A stretch of DNA of 51,080 nucleotides, taken from contig JBEKTQ010000022.1 of assembly GCA_049515895.1 (NCBI GenBank), positions 1 to 51,080 of the forward strand, written 5' to 3'. The notes beneath the pieces were generated by a model. That model saw only the letters and a program-made list of their open reading frames with translations. It had not been told where the DNA came from and did not search any database. Positions 26,034 through 36,136 of this stretch are shown here, piece after piece. The stretch comes from Candidatus Bathyarchaeia archaeon. GTDB lineage: Archaea > Thermoproteota > Bathyarchaeia > Bathyarchaeales > Bathycorpusculaceae. The position numbers were made by a program, and so were the translations under genes. Each line of letters starts with the position of its first letter. Position 1 is the first letter of the stretch.

Positions 26034-27422
26034 TTAGAGTCTGTTTAGTTCTTGTCTTTTATGGTGGATGGCTGCGACTGAAGCGTTTACGTTTTTTTCT
26101 TCAACAACCAGTATGATCTGCGATGTATGCGGAGCAAAAACTCCTCGTTTTATGTTAATTCCTGAAAGCGAGCTGATTGCCATGGATGCGACGCCAGGAG
26201 AATCTTTCATTCTATCCCCGATCAAGGTGACGACGCCTAACCCATATTCTATCTTCATCTTCTCGTCAAACCTCTTCAACTTCTCTTCGTTCTTCCTGAT
26301 GAAATCCGCATCCAAAAAGAGGAAATCGCGGATTCGCAAGCCTGTTTCAAGGGCTTCGGCTCCTAAATCTAAAAAGTCGTTTCTCCGTTCCCAAATCCGC
26401 AATAGATCCTCAAACGATCTACTTTTCTCGTCGTTCATCGTTAGTATTGCGCAACCAGATTTTCCTGTTAAGCATTTCACTACTTCTCCGCCGCTGGTTT
26501 CTGCTTCAATCGCAGAATACATTTCAGGCTCATCGATCGGCACAACCTTTAACGGTTGCCTAAATCGTCTAGCCATAGCTATCGCTGGACTCTGCACTAT
26601 TTTCATGCCCATCATCGAGGCTTTATGTGCCTCATTGTAAGTAAGCGCCTTAACATGCTCGGTTTTCTGCCCCTGTACTACCTTGGGGTCAGCGCTTTGC
26701 AAAAGCACATCTTTGTAGAGAAGCGTTTCAGTGCTGTATAGGTCCTTCAGCAGGCACGAAGTAAAAACCGCCGTTAGATCCGACCCGCCTCTCCCCAAAA
26801 CGGTCTCAAGACCGTCAGTCGTTTCGCCTAAAAACCCCGCTAAACAAAGAACCTTCCCATCCTCTAAAGGTCCGAGCAGGGCATGAATCCTCTTTTTACT
26901 TAGCCCGTAATGAGGGAGGGCATCCTCAAAATTATCATCCGTCACGATGGGCCACTCTTCCATCGAAACATGGCAAGAATCCAAGCCGTTGCTCCTTAAA
27001 ATGTAATCCATCAGAGTGGACATAGCGACTTCTCCGCCGAGGGCGAGAATTCTGGCTTTGATGTTGCCGCTGAACCGTTTATTAACTGAGTCAAGAGTCG
27101 CCTGCGTTAACGCCTCAAAATTCGCCAGCTCCTCGAATGCTTCCTTTTGCAACTCGCTACTAACGTGAGCCTTTGCCAAACGCCTATAAACTTTGAAAAC
27201 GGGAGCAACAGGCAAGGCGCATGATTGCGCGTAGGATTCCCCGATGTTTACTAGCGCATCGGTGGTGCCCATGGGAGCCGAAAAAACAACGATTGGGCCA
27301 AACCTGTCTTTTTCTCGTATCGCCCTTATGCGTTTGATGATTTTTGGGATTCCTTTTCCTTCAACGTCGAGAAGGCTGCCGCCGAATTTTGCTACTGAAA
27401 GAGACTTGAAACCGCATTCCAC
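26034..27422 (-). CDS. lysC: Aspartate kinase
   Basis: VAKFGGS, VVFSA, LGRGGSDLTA, SADPK, C-terminal ACT (LIGDRMKDSPGVAS). Confidence 0.9.
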   Translation of the reverse strand: MECGFKSLSVAKFGGSLLDVEGKGIPKIIKRIRAIREKDRFGPIVVFSAPMGTTDALVNIGESYAQSCALPVAPVFKVYRRLAKAHVSSELQKEAFEELANFEALTQATLDSVNKRFSGNIKARILALGGEVAMSTLMDYILRSNGLDSCHVSMEEWPIVTDDNFEDALPHYGLSKKRIHALLGPLEDGKVLCLAGFLGETTDGLETVLGRGGSDLTAVFTSCLLKDLYSTETLLYKDVLLQSADPKVVQGQKTEHVKALTYNEAHKASMMGMKIVQSPAIAMARRFRQPLKVVPIDEPEMYSAIEAETSGGEVVKCLTGKSGCAILTMNDEKSRSFEDLLRIWERRNDFLDLGAEALETGLRIRDFLFLDADFIRKNEEKLKRFDEKMKIEYGLGVVTLIGDRMKDSPGVASMAISSLSGINIKRGVFAPHTSQIILVVEEKNVNASVAAIHHKRQELNRL

Positions 27423-27571
27423 CTAATAGGAAAAGGCAACTGAACTCTAGCTTTAATAATTTTCCTACATACCCCGACAAACAGAATCAATGTTGATAAG
27501 CCTGAAATTGTATTCGAAAGGAAAAAGAAATAAGCCCCGAGCCATTCCAAACTGGTGAGGTTCTATTTGAT

Positions 27572-27976
27572 ATGTATGATGGATACGTGTTTTTCTGCGA
27601 CAAATCTTCCCTTCAACAATGTCTGAGCAATAAACGTTACACTTGCGTGGGCGAAAAAGCCAAACCTGAGGAGCTGAAAGCCGGGTCAGTGGTTTTCCTC
27701 TACAACGCTGACGACAAGAGTTTGCTTGGGCCCTTCACGACTCTGGAGGAAGGCGATGAGCTGGGTGCAGGCACATGGGTTGAAAATGAAGAACACCAAT
27801 ACCCCTACGATGACATCAAAGTAACATGGGAAGACCTGCACACGATCCAAAATGCGCCTGAAAAGCTCCCGTTCCTAGCAGACCCTAAAACGTGCAAACT
27901 GTCGACTGGCCAAACGCAGCGGACTTTGGACCTCCTCAAAGAGGGACAGCCATACATTTCGGAAAAAAACAGGTAA
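27572..27976 (+). CDS. DCD (development and cell death)/EVE-like domain protein
   Basis: GYVFFCD...CL...G-xx-VFLYN-xxxx-SLLGPF matches the DCD pattern G(Y/F)IF-x-C ... LFLYN ... L-x-G-x-F. Confidence 0.65.
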   Translation: MYDGYVFFCDKSSLQQCLSNKRYTCVGEKAKPEELKAGSVVFLYNADDKSLLGPFTTLEEGDELGAGTWVENEEHQYPYDDIKVTWEDLHTIQNAPEKLPFLADPKTCKLSTGQTQRTLDLLKEGQPYISEKNR

Positions 27977-28339
27977 GCACAAACTGCGGCCTTAGCGGTC
28001 GCCAAACTTTTTTGCATCTAAGCAAACGATTTTGTGGCAGCTAGGGCAGCGAGTGAAAGTCAACTCCAAACCGTTCAAGACATCAAAGAATCTTTCCTTG
28101 TACAGCTCGCGTTCTTTGTGGCTACAATTAAGCTGGCTCTCACTAACCAGCCCTTCCTTATCCATTCTCCTTTCTCCAATCTAGTCATGCCGAAAAACCG
28201 TTATAACCTTTATGGAACTTAACGCCAACTTGTCTATTCGTTGATGCAGCGACTTTACTTTATAAAAACAAGCCAAAAACGTGAAGCGTTAAATACAATA
28301 ATTCTGCATGCATTAGTACCTAACTTGGAGAAGCAAAAC

Positions 28340-29419
28340 GTGAAAGAAAAAGGTCCTCTACTCATTGTACCTTGGCGATGCACCTTCGCATGCGACAGCA
28401 ACTGCGTACACTGCACCTCCTCAGGCAAACCGGCAGTTCCCAACGAACTTGACACGAAGGATGCGTTGAAAATGGTCGATCAGATTGCCGATTTCGGGGC
28501 GAGCTTTTTCGGAGTCACAGGCGGGCAACCTTTTCTGCGAAAGGACCTTTTACAAATCATCGCCCACGCTCGAGAACTGGGTTTGAATGCAAGCATCATA
28601 ACTGACGGACGCCTAATGGACAAGGCAGCCTTTGATAACCTCGTAAAGTGTCAGGTTAAGATTTCAGTCAGCATCGACGGCGCGAAAAAAACCAATGATG
28701 CGATCCGTGGAGCCGGTGCTTATGCCTCTGCTGTTTCTGCGATAAAGAAATTTTCAAAGGAGAAACTCCTAAACTGTCTTGTCTACACTTTTGCTAACGC
28801 TGGCGCAGTGACCAACGCCAACGTTGAAGATATGCGTCATGTGCTTGATCTGGCCTGCAAATATGACGCGCGGTGGGTGGTTTTCCACGGGATGATCCCG
28901 TATAGCCAAGACAAAGAAAATCTTAAAGCCGACCTGACGCCGCAGCAGTACGAGTGGGTATGCAATCAACTCTATGACTTGACCTTGGAGTACAAGGGAA
29001 AACCGGGCATTAACATTTACATTCCCTTCTACGCCCGAGTTGCGAAACAGCGAGGCATGCCTGACTTCGAAAACTGGTATAACAACTTCTTTCTTGGCAG
29101 ATGCTTCTTCGGCAAGTTCTTCAGCGTTGCGGAAAACGGCGACGCCATACCATGCAGCTACAACGATGCGTACAGGCTTGGAAACGTTAAGGAAAAGTCT
29201 CTTAAACAGATATGGGATGACATGCAGAGCAGCGAGTTTTTTGCTGAAGTAAAGGACAAAAGCAAAATCAAGGGCAAATGCGGCGTCTGTGAATATAAGA
29301 ATATCTGCGGCGGCTGCCGATCAGCCGCGCTTTATTACACTGGAGACATTTTGGGCTCGGATCTGCGGTGTGCGTATATTCCGCAAGCCTTAAAGCGAAA
29401 AAATAGCATCAAATCCTAA
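28340..29419 (+). CDS. Radical SAM/SPASM domain protein (PqqE/AhbC-D-like)
   Basis: CDSNCVHC, TGGQP, SIDG, SPASM C...PC...CGVC-x5-CGGC...C; start probably GTG 28340 (track 28241). Confidence 0.92.
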   Translation: MKEKGPLLIVPWRCTFACDSNCVHCTSSGKPAVPNELDTKDALKMVDQIADFGASFFGVTGGQPFLRKDLLQIIAHARELGLNASIITDGRLMDKAAFDNLVKCQVKISVSIDGAKKTNDAIRGAGAYASAVSAIKKFSKEKLLNCLVYTFANAGAVTNANVEDMRHVLDLACKYDARWVVFHGMIPYSQDKENLKADLTPQQYEWVCNQLYDLTLEYKGKPGINIYIPFYARVAKQRGMPDFENWYNNFFLGRCFFGKFFSVAENGDAIPCSYNDAYRLGNVKEKSLKQIWDDMQSSEFFAEVKDKSKIKGKCGVCEYKNICGGCRSAALYYTGDILGSDLRCAYIPQALKRKNSIKS

Positions 29420-29647
29420 GTTTGCTCGTGATTTTTCTTCGATCGGGCGCGCAAGGCAAATGATTAACCTACGGCGGCGACAAATTAAGCTTGAACTTTG
29501 AAATAATTTGGCGTGAAGCCGACACTGAGGGCAAACTAAAAATATCGTTATTTTAATCAAAGAGGGTTAATAGGAGTGGCGTGCACCCAAAAAAATTAAG
29601 GAAGAGAGAGGGGGGTAAAAGGAATCATCTGGATGCACGTCACACGT

Positions 29648-29920
29648 TTATGAACTTCTCGAATACTGGCGAAAGAGGGTTCCGTAAGTTCTTCTTGAAT
29701 TGTTACGGTGCAGCTGTGCTTTGGTTTTGGGGTAGAGCTGTTTTTGTGAATCTTTGCTTGTGATGAAAACCGATCCGCCGTTTTTCAGATGCTCTTTAAC
29801 TTGGAAGAAATCTACATGATCTGCTTCTTGAACTCCAACGTCGTCGCTTGTGCCGTTGGCCAGTAATAGGACTTGAAACATTTGCGTCTTAGTTTTTTTG
29901 TTTTCAACAGAAGTCTTCAA
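29648..29920 (-). CDS. Hypothetical protein
   Basis: 90-aa ORF with GAAGGAAGGG upstream; HLKNGGSVFITSK. Confidence 0.65.
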   Translation of the reverse strand: MKTSVENKKTKTQMFQVLLLANGTSDDVGVQEADHVDFFQVKEHLKNGGSVFITSKDSQKQLYPKTKAQLHRNNSRRTYGTLFRQYSRSS

Positions 29921-30031
29921 AGAACTTTCCCTTCCTTCAGATTAGAGAATAATTATTATTTAATTCAATAAATTCTTAAAGTTATGTGATTGTTAAACGA
30001 CTACTACAAGGCGCTTTTAAATGCTTTTTTA

Positions 30032-30688
30032 TCATTGCAGGATGTACTTGGTCACCCGTTTGTCCTCTAAATTCCGAACAATTAAATCAGGACTCTCCTT
30101 TTCAAGCTCCGACTGGGAATAGACGCCAGTAAGAACCGCGACGCAACTCATGTTAGCCAATTTAGCCGCTTTAACCCCGAACACAGAATCCTCAAGTACT
30201 ACGCACCTTTCAGGCTTTGCTTGAAGCATCGCTGCTGCTTTCAAAAATATTTCCGGGTCGGGCTTTGAATGCGAGATCGACTCAGCTGTGAGGACCGCAC
30301 TGAAGTACTTCTCTAAGTTTTTTGCTTTTAGCAAATGGCTGATGACTGAGTGGTTGTTCATCGATGCTAAACTCATTCTTATTTTGCCATTCAATCTGTC
30401 AAGAAGCTCTCTGGCACCAGGGAAAAGTGTTACTTGGTCGGTGAGTTCGATTTCAAGCTCGCTTTTACGTTCTACGAGGCGCTGGACCGTTTTTTCGTCA
30501 AAAGGCGTTCTAGCTGATCGCAGAATATCTCTGAAAGTTTCTGCTGCTCCAATGCCGATTCGACGCTCAATATACTCGTTGCTTACTTTGCAGTTGATTT
30601 CACCCAGTGCCTTCTGGAATGAAATCACTATTACTCGACGAGTGTCTCCTAACGTGCCGTCCCAATCAAAAATAGATGCTTCAAACAT
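30032..30688 (-). CDS. HAD-family phosphatase (beta-PGM-like)
   Basis: FDWDGTL, KPDPEIF, EDSVFG. Confidence 0.93.
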   Translation of the reverse strand: MFEASIFDWDGTLGDTRRVIVISFQKALGEINCKVSNEYIERRIGIGAAETFRDILRSARTPFDEKTVQRLVERKSELEIELTDQVTLFPGARELLDRLNGKIRMSLASMNNHSVISHLLKAKNLEKYFSAVLTAESISHSKPDPEIFLKAAAMLQAKPERCVVLEDSVFGVKAAKLANMSCVAVLTGVYSQSELEKESPDLIVRNLEDKRVTKYILQ

Positions 30689-30699
30689 GGTGGCTCAGG

Positions 30700-31506
30700 C
30701 TAGTTTAGGTTCAGTTTTTCTCTGATTTCCTGGCTTTTCTTTGTTGCTTCTTCTATGGCGCGAATCATTGCAGGGCGGATTTGGCTTTGCTCAATCTGAT
30801 ATATCGCTTCAATGGTTGTTCCGCCGGGCGTGGTGGTCATGTCTTTGATTTTTGATGGTTCCTCATTCAGGTCTAAGACGAGTTTGCCGGTTGCCATCAT
30901 GGTTTGGGCTGCGCAGGTTAACGCAATGTTGCGGGGTAGCCCCACTTTCAAGCCAGCATAAGTTAGAGCCTCAACAATTATGGACATGTAGCCTGGACCG
31001 CTTCCGCTTAGTGCGGTTATTGCATCTAGGTACTTCTCGTCTAATTCGTCGCATATTCCGAACATATTAAGTAAGGTTTTAACTTTCTCCTTCATTTCAA
31101 AAGTGACGTTAGGTTCGCAGCAGTATGCGGTATAGGCAGCTTGCACCAAGGCGCCAAGGTTAGGCATGATCCGAACGATTCGAGCTTCAGGCGCGTTCTT
31201 CCTCAGAAACTTAAGCGGGACCGTGGCAGCAACAGAAATCAACAGTTTATCTTTGATTTCCCCGCTGATTTCCTTCAGAACCTTCGCTACGTCGCCAGGC
31301 TTAACAATAATGAAAACGACGTCAGCTTCCGCCGCAGATTTCACATTGTCCGTTGAAGTTTTGATCCCGAGGCTTTCAAACTCTTTAAGCCTTTCAAGCG
31401 CAATGTCAACCGCGGTCAATTTGCCTTCGTAGCCGCCTTTAACTAGGCTTTTGATTATGGCGCCACCCATCATTCCCGAGCCAATTATCGCGATTTTGTC
31501 GTTCAT
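30700..31506 (-). CDS. proC: Pyrroline-5-carboxylate reductase
   Basis: IGSGMMG, VKP, RIMPN, SGSGP, TPGGTTI. Confidence 0.96.
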   Translation of the reverse strand: MNDKIAIIGSGMMGGAIIKSLVKGGYEGKLTAVDIALERLKEFESLGIKTSTDNVKSAAEADVVFIIVKPGDVAKVLKEISGEIKDKLLISVAATVPLKFLRKNAPEARIVRIMPNLGALVQAAYTAYCCEPNVTFEMKEKVKTLLNMFGICDELDEKYLDAITALSGSGPGYMSIIVEALTYAGLKVGLPRNIALTCAAQTMMATGKLVLDLNEEPSKIKDMTTTPGGTTIEAIYQIEQSQIRPAMIRAIEEATKKSQEIREKLNLN

Positions 31507-31581
31507 AACTGTTCACCTTACTGTTTTAAGGACAGCAACTTTACCCTTTAAACTTTTGTTTACCTAAAAAGACCTGGAATT

Positions 31582-32793
31582 TTAGCTGTTGCTCGTATCC
31601 TTGAGCATTTTATGCATTGTTAATGCTGAAGCGTTTGTTCTTATGCCTCGGGTGTTAAAATGGGTCTGCACAGCTTGGTAACCACTGTTTCGGAGCGCGT
31701 TTGAAAAGACTTGTATTGATGGCGATGGCAAACCAAGCTTTCCGCTGAGCTTGTCAAGCAAGTAATATGTTATTGGTGCTGAAGCCTCTTGCTTCGTTAA
31801 GAAAAGAAGTTTTGCGATTCGAGCATTGTTCCTGAAAGCTACAGTTTGGTTTTCTTTAATCATTAATTCAATAAACTTCTGGTCAAAGATGTTTCCTAGC
31901 CAAAGTGGACCTGCATAATCCATTTTTGAGCCGCATTCGGGGCAAGTAAGGTTCCCGAAAGGTTGGCGTGTAGTTTCTCGGTGAAGGCAGTTGAAGCAGT
32001 GAAGGATGTACCCGAGGGTTTTGACGCTTTCGTCGGCTTTTTCTGCACCGTAGGCGACTTGAGCGTATAGTCTAATGTAGTGTTCACTGCTGTGACTGAA
32101 AACCACTTGGATCCCAATATCGTGTTTTGCAGCTAAAGTTGCAGTGCAGCCTGCAATAAGGCGAACGGCGAGTTCATGGCAATACTCCGTCCGTAGCGGT
32201 TTTCCGCCGTATTTTCGTATGCAGGCTTTCTGGTGTACTCCGCACAGTGGCGCCAAGTCGGTGGCGGTTGAAGCCAGCAAGCCATGGTTGCGAAGCGCCC
32301 TTATTGCTGAACTCACGTATGGGACAGGAGCGCCAAACGGGTCAACATCAACTATGTCAAAACGTTTCTTAGGCGACGCATTGCAGCTTAAAACGCAGTT
32401 TGCATCCTTATGCTTGACAGTAACCATCTTTTCTAGCCCGTTAAGGTGCACGTTATGCTTTGCAACTTTGAATGCTCGTTCGTTAATATCGCTGATCAAA
32501 ACTCGCTTCACGCCTGCAATTTCGAGGGCAAAGCGAACGCCTCGGATTCCTTGGCTGGTTAAGGGTTCACAGATGTTGATTTCCCTTTTAACCATGCGTT
32601 GGTATGCCTGAAACGCTAAAACTGAAAGGTCTCGGTTGAACTCCATAACTGGGTTGTAGAAAACTGGAGCTTTGGAAGGTGCATAATCTGAAGGGTTGAT
32701 GCTGTAGGCTTTAAGTTTCGGCACCAAAACTTGCACTTTGCCTTCTCTGATTATTTCGCTTGGAAAATCTGGCTCGTAGATGCTGCTCGCCAT
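31582..32793 (-). CDS. trm1: tRNA (guanine26-N2)-dimethyltransferase
   Basis: VFYNPVMEFNRD, GIRGVRF, DVDPFG, TATD, zinc knuckle, GPLWLG. Confidence 0.96.
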   Translation of the reverse strand: MASSIYEPDFPSEIIREGKVQVLVPKLKAYSINPSDYAPSKAPVFYNPVMEFNRDLSVLAFQAYQRMVKREINICEPLTSQGIRGVRFALEIAGVKRVLISDINERAFKVAKHNVHLNGLEKMVTVKHKDANCVLSCNASPKKRFDIVDVDPFGAPVPYVSSAIRALRNHGLLASTATDLAPLCGVHQKACIRKYGGKPLRTEYCHELAVRLIAGCTATLAAKHDIGIQVVFSHSSEHYIRLYAQVAYGAEKADESVKTLGYILHCFNCLHRETTRQPFGNLTCPECGSKMDYAGPLWLGNIFDQKFIELMIKENQTVAFRNNARIAKLLFLTKQEASAPITYYLLDKLSGKLGLPSPSIQVFSNALRNSGYQAVQTHFNTRGIRTNASALTMHKMLKDTSNS

Positions 32794-32852
32794 GTAGTTT
32801 GGTTCCCAGCTGGATTTGCTTATCAAAAGAATTTTATCGACATATTAGACTT

Positions 32853-33434
32853 ATGGTTAAACTGGTGCAGAAGCTGTTGCATAAGAGGGTTTTGCTTATG
32901 ACGGGAGCTCCGGGCGTCGGGAAAACAACAGTGCTCATTAATACGGTGGAAGCTCTTAAAGCCGAAGGGGTAAGCGTCGGCGGCATGATTAGCCGTGAAG
33001 CAAGAGAAGGCAACGCGCGAGTCGGCTTCGAAATACTTGACTTGACCAACGGTAAGCGAGGGTGGCTTGCGAACGTAAATCAGAAAGATGGCCCGCAAGT
33101 CGGCAAGTACCGGGTGAATCTGCAAGACCTTGAAAACATAGGGGCAAAAGCGGTCATGGAAGCCGTTGAAAAATGCTCTGTCGTGGCAATTGACGAGATC
33201 GGTCCCATGGAACTCTACTCCCACAAGTTCAAGCAAGCTGTAAAGCAGGCTTTGCTAGATCAAAAACCTGTGTTAGCTGTGGTGCACGCGAAAGCCAAAG
33301 ACCCATTAATACAAGAGGCAAGGCAAAGGGAGGACGCTGAAATTTTCATTGTAACTTTAGCAAACCGTGAAGCTTTACCTGAAAAGCTAAGAATGCAGGC
33401 GCAGTTAGTTCTCCAAGCTCAACAGGTTATGTGA
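32853..33434 (+). CDS. THEP1-family nucleoside triphosphatase
   Basis: TGAPGVGKTT, RVGF, VGKY, IDEIGPMEL. Confidence 0.93.
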   Translation: MVKLVQKLLHKRVLLMTGAPGVGKTTVLINTVEALKAEGVSVGGMISREAREGNARVGFEILDLTNGKRGWLANVNQKDGPQVGKYRVNLQDLENIGAKAVMEAVEKCSVVAIDEIGPMELYSHKFKQAVKQALLDQKPVLAVVHAKAKDPLIQEARQREDAEIFIVTLANREALPEKLRMQAQLVLQAQQVM

Positions 33435-33781
33435 ATCAAAGCTATAAAATTCTTTTGTTCTTTCTCAATTTCGCGGATGACTTCAGGCGTTGACAGGATT
33501 ATAGCGTTGAATTTTTTCAGTATGTCGAGAGCCTTAGGAGTTATGGGTAAGGCGGATTGGTGACCGGTTCCAATATATAATGCTTCGAATTTTTCTTTGG
33601 TCAGAAATTCTAGTTCGAGTTCGGAAAGAGGGGTGTGACCGTAGTTTGGCTTTAGTTCTTTTGACTTCTTTTTTTCTCTTTTTGTTATCGACCCGTCTGA
33701 ATGGATGATGATGTCCTTTTCATATTTGTCACCGTTGACACTAATCCACCCAAACTTTGATTTCACGGATTTAATTTTCAT
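33419..33781 (-). CDS. Mth938-like (DUF498) protein
   Basis: FGWISVNG...KD, GHT, IGTG, C-terminal HITC. Confidence 0.88.
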   Translation of the reverse strand: MKIKSVKSKFGWISVNGDKYEKDIIIHSDGSITKREKKKSKELKPNYGHTPLSELELEFLTKEKFEALYIGTGHQSALPITPKALDILKKFNAIILSTPEVIREIEKEQKNFIALIHITC

Positions 33782-33811
33782 GGGCTAACCGAACTATTAA
33801 TGATTGCAATC

Positions 33812-34120
33812 TTATTTTGGCTTTGTGCTTGGCGCCTTGCTTTTAGGTTTATTCTTAGTTCTTGGGGTTTTAGGTCTTGCGGGTTCGTCCCAATACTTAT
33901 CAAATTCTTCGGGTGACATGACATCCAAGTTTTGTAGTTGTTGGCTGAAAGCGTCAAGGGCGCATCGGTTGTTGAGGTGCGCATGGTAAACTTCGATAAG
34001 AAGGTTCAAAGCCATTGACTTTGAAATCGGCTTTTTAGCCATGAAAGTTAATTCCTCAGCTGCTTTAGCTAAATCGTCGTCGATTTTATCGGGCAAAATT
34101 AGTGTTTTCATGCTTACCAA
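33812..34120 (-). CDS. Hypothetical protein, possible ribbon-helix-helix N-terminus
   Basis: KTLILPDKIDDDL...ISKSMAL; basic tail; coupled to the flavodoxin gene. Confidence 0.65.
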   Translation of the reverse strand: MVSMKTLILPDKIDDDLAKAAEELTFMAKKPISKSMALNLLIEVYHAHLNNRCALDAFSQQLQNLDVMSPEEFDKYWDEPARPKTPRTKNKPKSKAPSTKPK

Positions 34121-34666
34121 CTACAAGCTCTTTGCTATTTGCTCCGCGTCCATTTTAACCTTCGCCAAATCTTCAGCCGTCGGCTTCCCGCGGATATCGC
34201 CGAGCCTGCCCAGTGTGCTGTTGTCTTCTCTTCCATGAAACTCGCCTACAATGTACCATTCACCGACCACTGTGAAGCCGAAATGCTCAAAATACTGGCG
34301 CATCGTCTTTCCAGCAGGCGTTGCCTCATCAACTCCCGTGTGCGGTCCCGAATAAGTGCAGAAAACCAAGGCGTTCTTGCCCGCGACTTTTGGGGCGCAA
34401 GGCTTGATTTTTCCTTGGCTACGGTAAAGGTTCAGCTTAGCCTTCAGCAAGTCAGCCATTGGCTTAGCAGGCTGCCACTCAATAGATGGCGAACCAACGC
34501 AGACCAAATCATAGGCGTAAAAGTCCAATTCAACCGCTTCCTGAGGCTTCTTCAACTCAACCTTGAATCCGGCTACCTCTAAGCCGTCCTTGATTGCGAA
34601 GGCAACTCTCTGGGTGTTCCCAGTGTTTGACCAGTAAACTATTAGCGCGGACTTCAAGCTTAACAT
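34121..34666 (-). CDS. Flavodoxin-family protein
   Basis: YWSNTGNT, VGSP, FCTYSG. Confidence 0.9.
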   Translation of the reverse strand: MLSLKSALIVYWSNTGNTQRVAFAIKDGLEVAGFKVELKKPQEAVELDFYAYDLVCVGSPSIEWQPAKPMADLLKAKLNLYRSQGKIKPCAPKVAGKNALVFCTYSGPHTGVDEATPAGKTMRQYFEHFGFTVVGEWYIVGEFHGREDNSTLGRLGDIRGKPTAEDLAKVKMDAEQIAKSL

Positions 34667-34866
34667 GCCTCTGTTCTCTCCAACTGAACGGCAAGAGTAT
34701 TTTAGTTTTGTTGGTGTACAGCTGAGTTTGGAAGGTATTCAAGGAATCACACATCCTAGCTGAACCACTTTAACAAAATCAAAACATGAAAATCTTGGTT
34801 CCAGCTCTCGCTTTAAAGTATAAATATCGTGTCAGCACTAGGCTACTTAAGTTCTGGGTGACACCT

Positions 34867-36105
34867 ATGAGAATAGGTTTCTTTGTTTATGAATATCCGC
34901 CACAGACGGTTGGCGGCTTAGGCACTTACGCTGAGTACGTAACCCGTGAGTACGTTGACATTGGACATGATGTTTCAGTTTTCACGCTCAACAATAACGG
35001 TTTAAAAACAAGAGAAATCCTGCGAGGCGTGGAAGTTCATAGGCCCCAGATAGCGGACGCAAGCAACATCTGGCCTTTCTTTGTGGTTGACGACCTAAAA
35101 AAATGGGGCACCAACATTAAACTCTTCAACGATATTTTTATCTACAACATCTTAAGCGCCACCAAATTCATCAACGGCTTAATTAAAAAAGAGAAATACA
35201 ATTTTGACGTCGTCTGCGTCCACGATTGGCTAAGCAGCATCTCAGGCTTAGTGGTTAAGAACGAAACCAAAATACCTGTTGTTTTCCACACGCACAGTAC
35301 GGAATGGGGCAGGAGCGGGGGGCAAGGCTCCGAAGTAGTGTCTCATTTAGAGAGGGCAATGGCTCAAAACTCCGACCGCATAATAACTGTTAGCTACGCA
35401 ATGCAGGACGACCTTGTGAAACACGGTTGGTCGCCCTCCAAAATCAGCGTCGTTTGGAACGGCGTAGACGCTGAAACCTACAACCCACAGAATGTACAAA
35501 AAGAAGACGTAATTGCAATCCGAAAAAAATACGGGATACCCGAGGGTTGGAACATGCTACTTTTCGTGGGAAGACTTACCTGGGTGAAAGGCGTACGAAG
35601 CCTCCTGCAGGCGATGCCTTTGGTTCTCAAAGAAAACCCTAATACCAAACTGGTTATTTTAGGCAAAGGAGAAGAACAAGTCGACATCACTGAAACAGCC
35701 GAGCGACTAAACGTCAAAGATAAGATCGTTTACCGATTCGACTTCGTGTCTGAGCAAGAGCGCATTTTGCATTACGCAGCCTCCGACATCTGCATTTTCC
35801 CGTCGACTTACGAGCCTTTCGGAATAGTGAGTTTGGAAGCGATGGCTATGGAGAAGCCCGTTGTTGTAGGTGCAAGAGGTGTAGTTGGCTTCAAAGAGCA
35901 AGTAGTGAATAGCGGAACCGACCAAAATGGAGTTCATATTAACGGTGAAGACGCCGCTGACATAGCTTGGGGCATAAACGAAACGCTGCGAGACCCCAAC
36001 AGAGCGAGGAACTGGGGCGAAAACGGTAGACGAAGAGTGCTGGAGTATTTTACCTGGCGTAAAGTCGCTGAAGAGACAAGCAAAATCTACGAGTCACTAA
36101 TGTAA
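34867..36105 (+). CDS. GT4 glycosyltransferase (glycogen synthase-like)
   Basis: EYPP-x-x-GGLG, HDW, HSTE-x-GR, NGVD, PSTYEPFGIVSLEAMA. Confidence 0.92.
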   Translation: MRIGFFVYEYPPQTVGGLGTYAEYVTREYVDIGHDVSVFTLNNNGLKTREILRGVEVHRPQIADASNIWPFFVVDDLKKWGTNIKLFNDIFIYNILSATKFINGLIKKEKYNFDVVCVHDWLSSISGLVVKNETKIPVVFHTHSTEWGRSGGQGSEVVSHLERAMAQNSDRIITVSYAMQDDLVKHGWSPSKISVVWNGVDAETYNPQNVQKEDVIAIRKKYGIPEGWNMLLFVGRLTWVKGVRSLLQAMPLVLKENPNTKLVILGKGEEQVDITETAERLNVKDKIVYRFDFVSEQERILHYAASDICIFPSTYEPFGIVSLEAMAMEKPVVVGARGVVGFKEQVVNSGTDQNGVHINGEDAADIAWGINETLRDPNRARNWGENGRRRVLEYFTWRKVAEETSKIYESLM

Positions 36106-36136
36106 AACTCAAAGAACAAAAAAAGAAAAGATTAGG

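Noticed and set aside
26068-26640. Long antisense ORFs (e.g. 26068, 9485, 30288, 32144, 36252, 41580, 42872)
   Set aside because: Shadows of well-supported genes on the opposite strand, with no motifs of their own
28241-29920. RiPP cluster around the radical SAM/SPASM gene
   Set aside because: No precursor-like peptide, PqqD/RRE domain, protease or exporter adjacent
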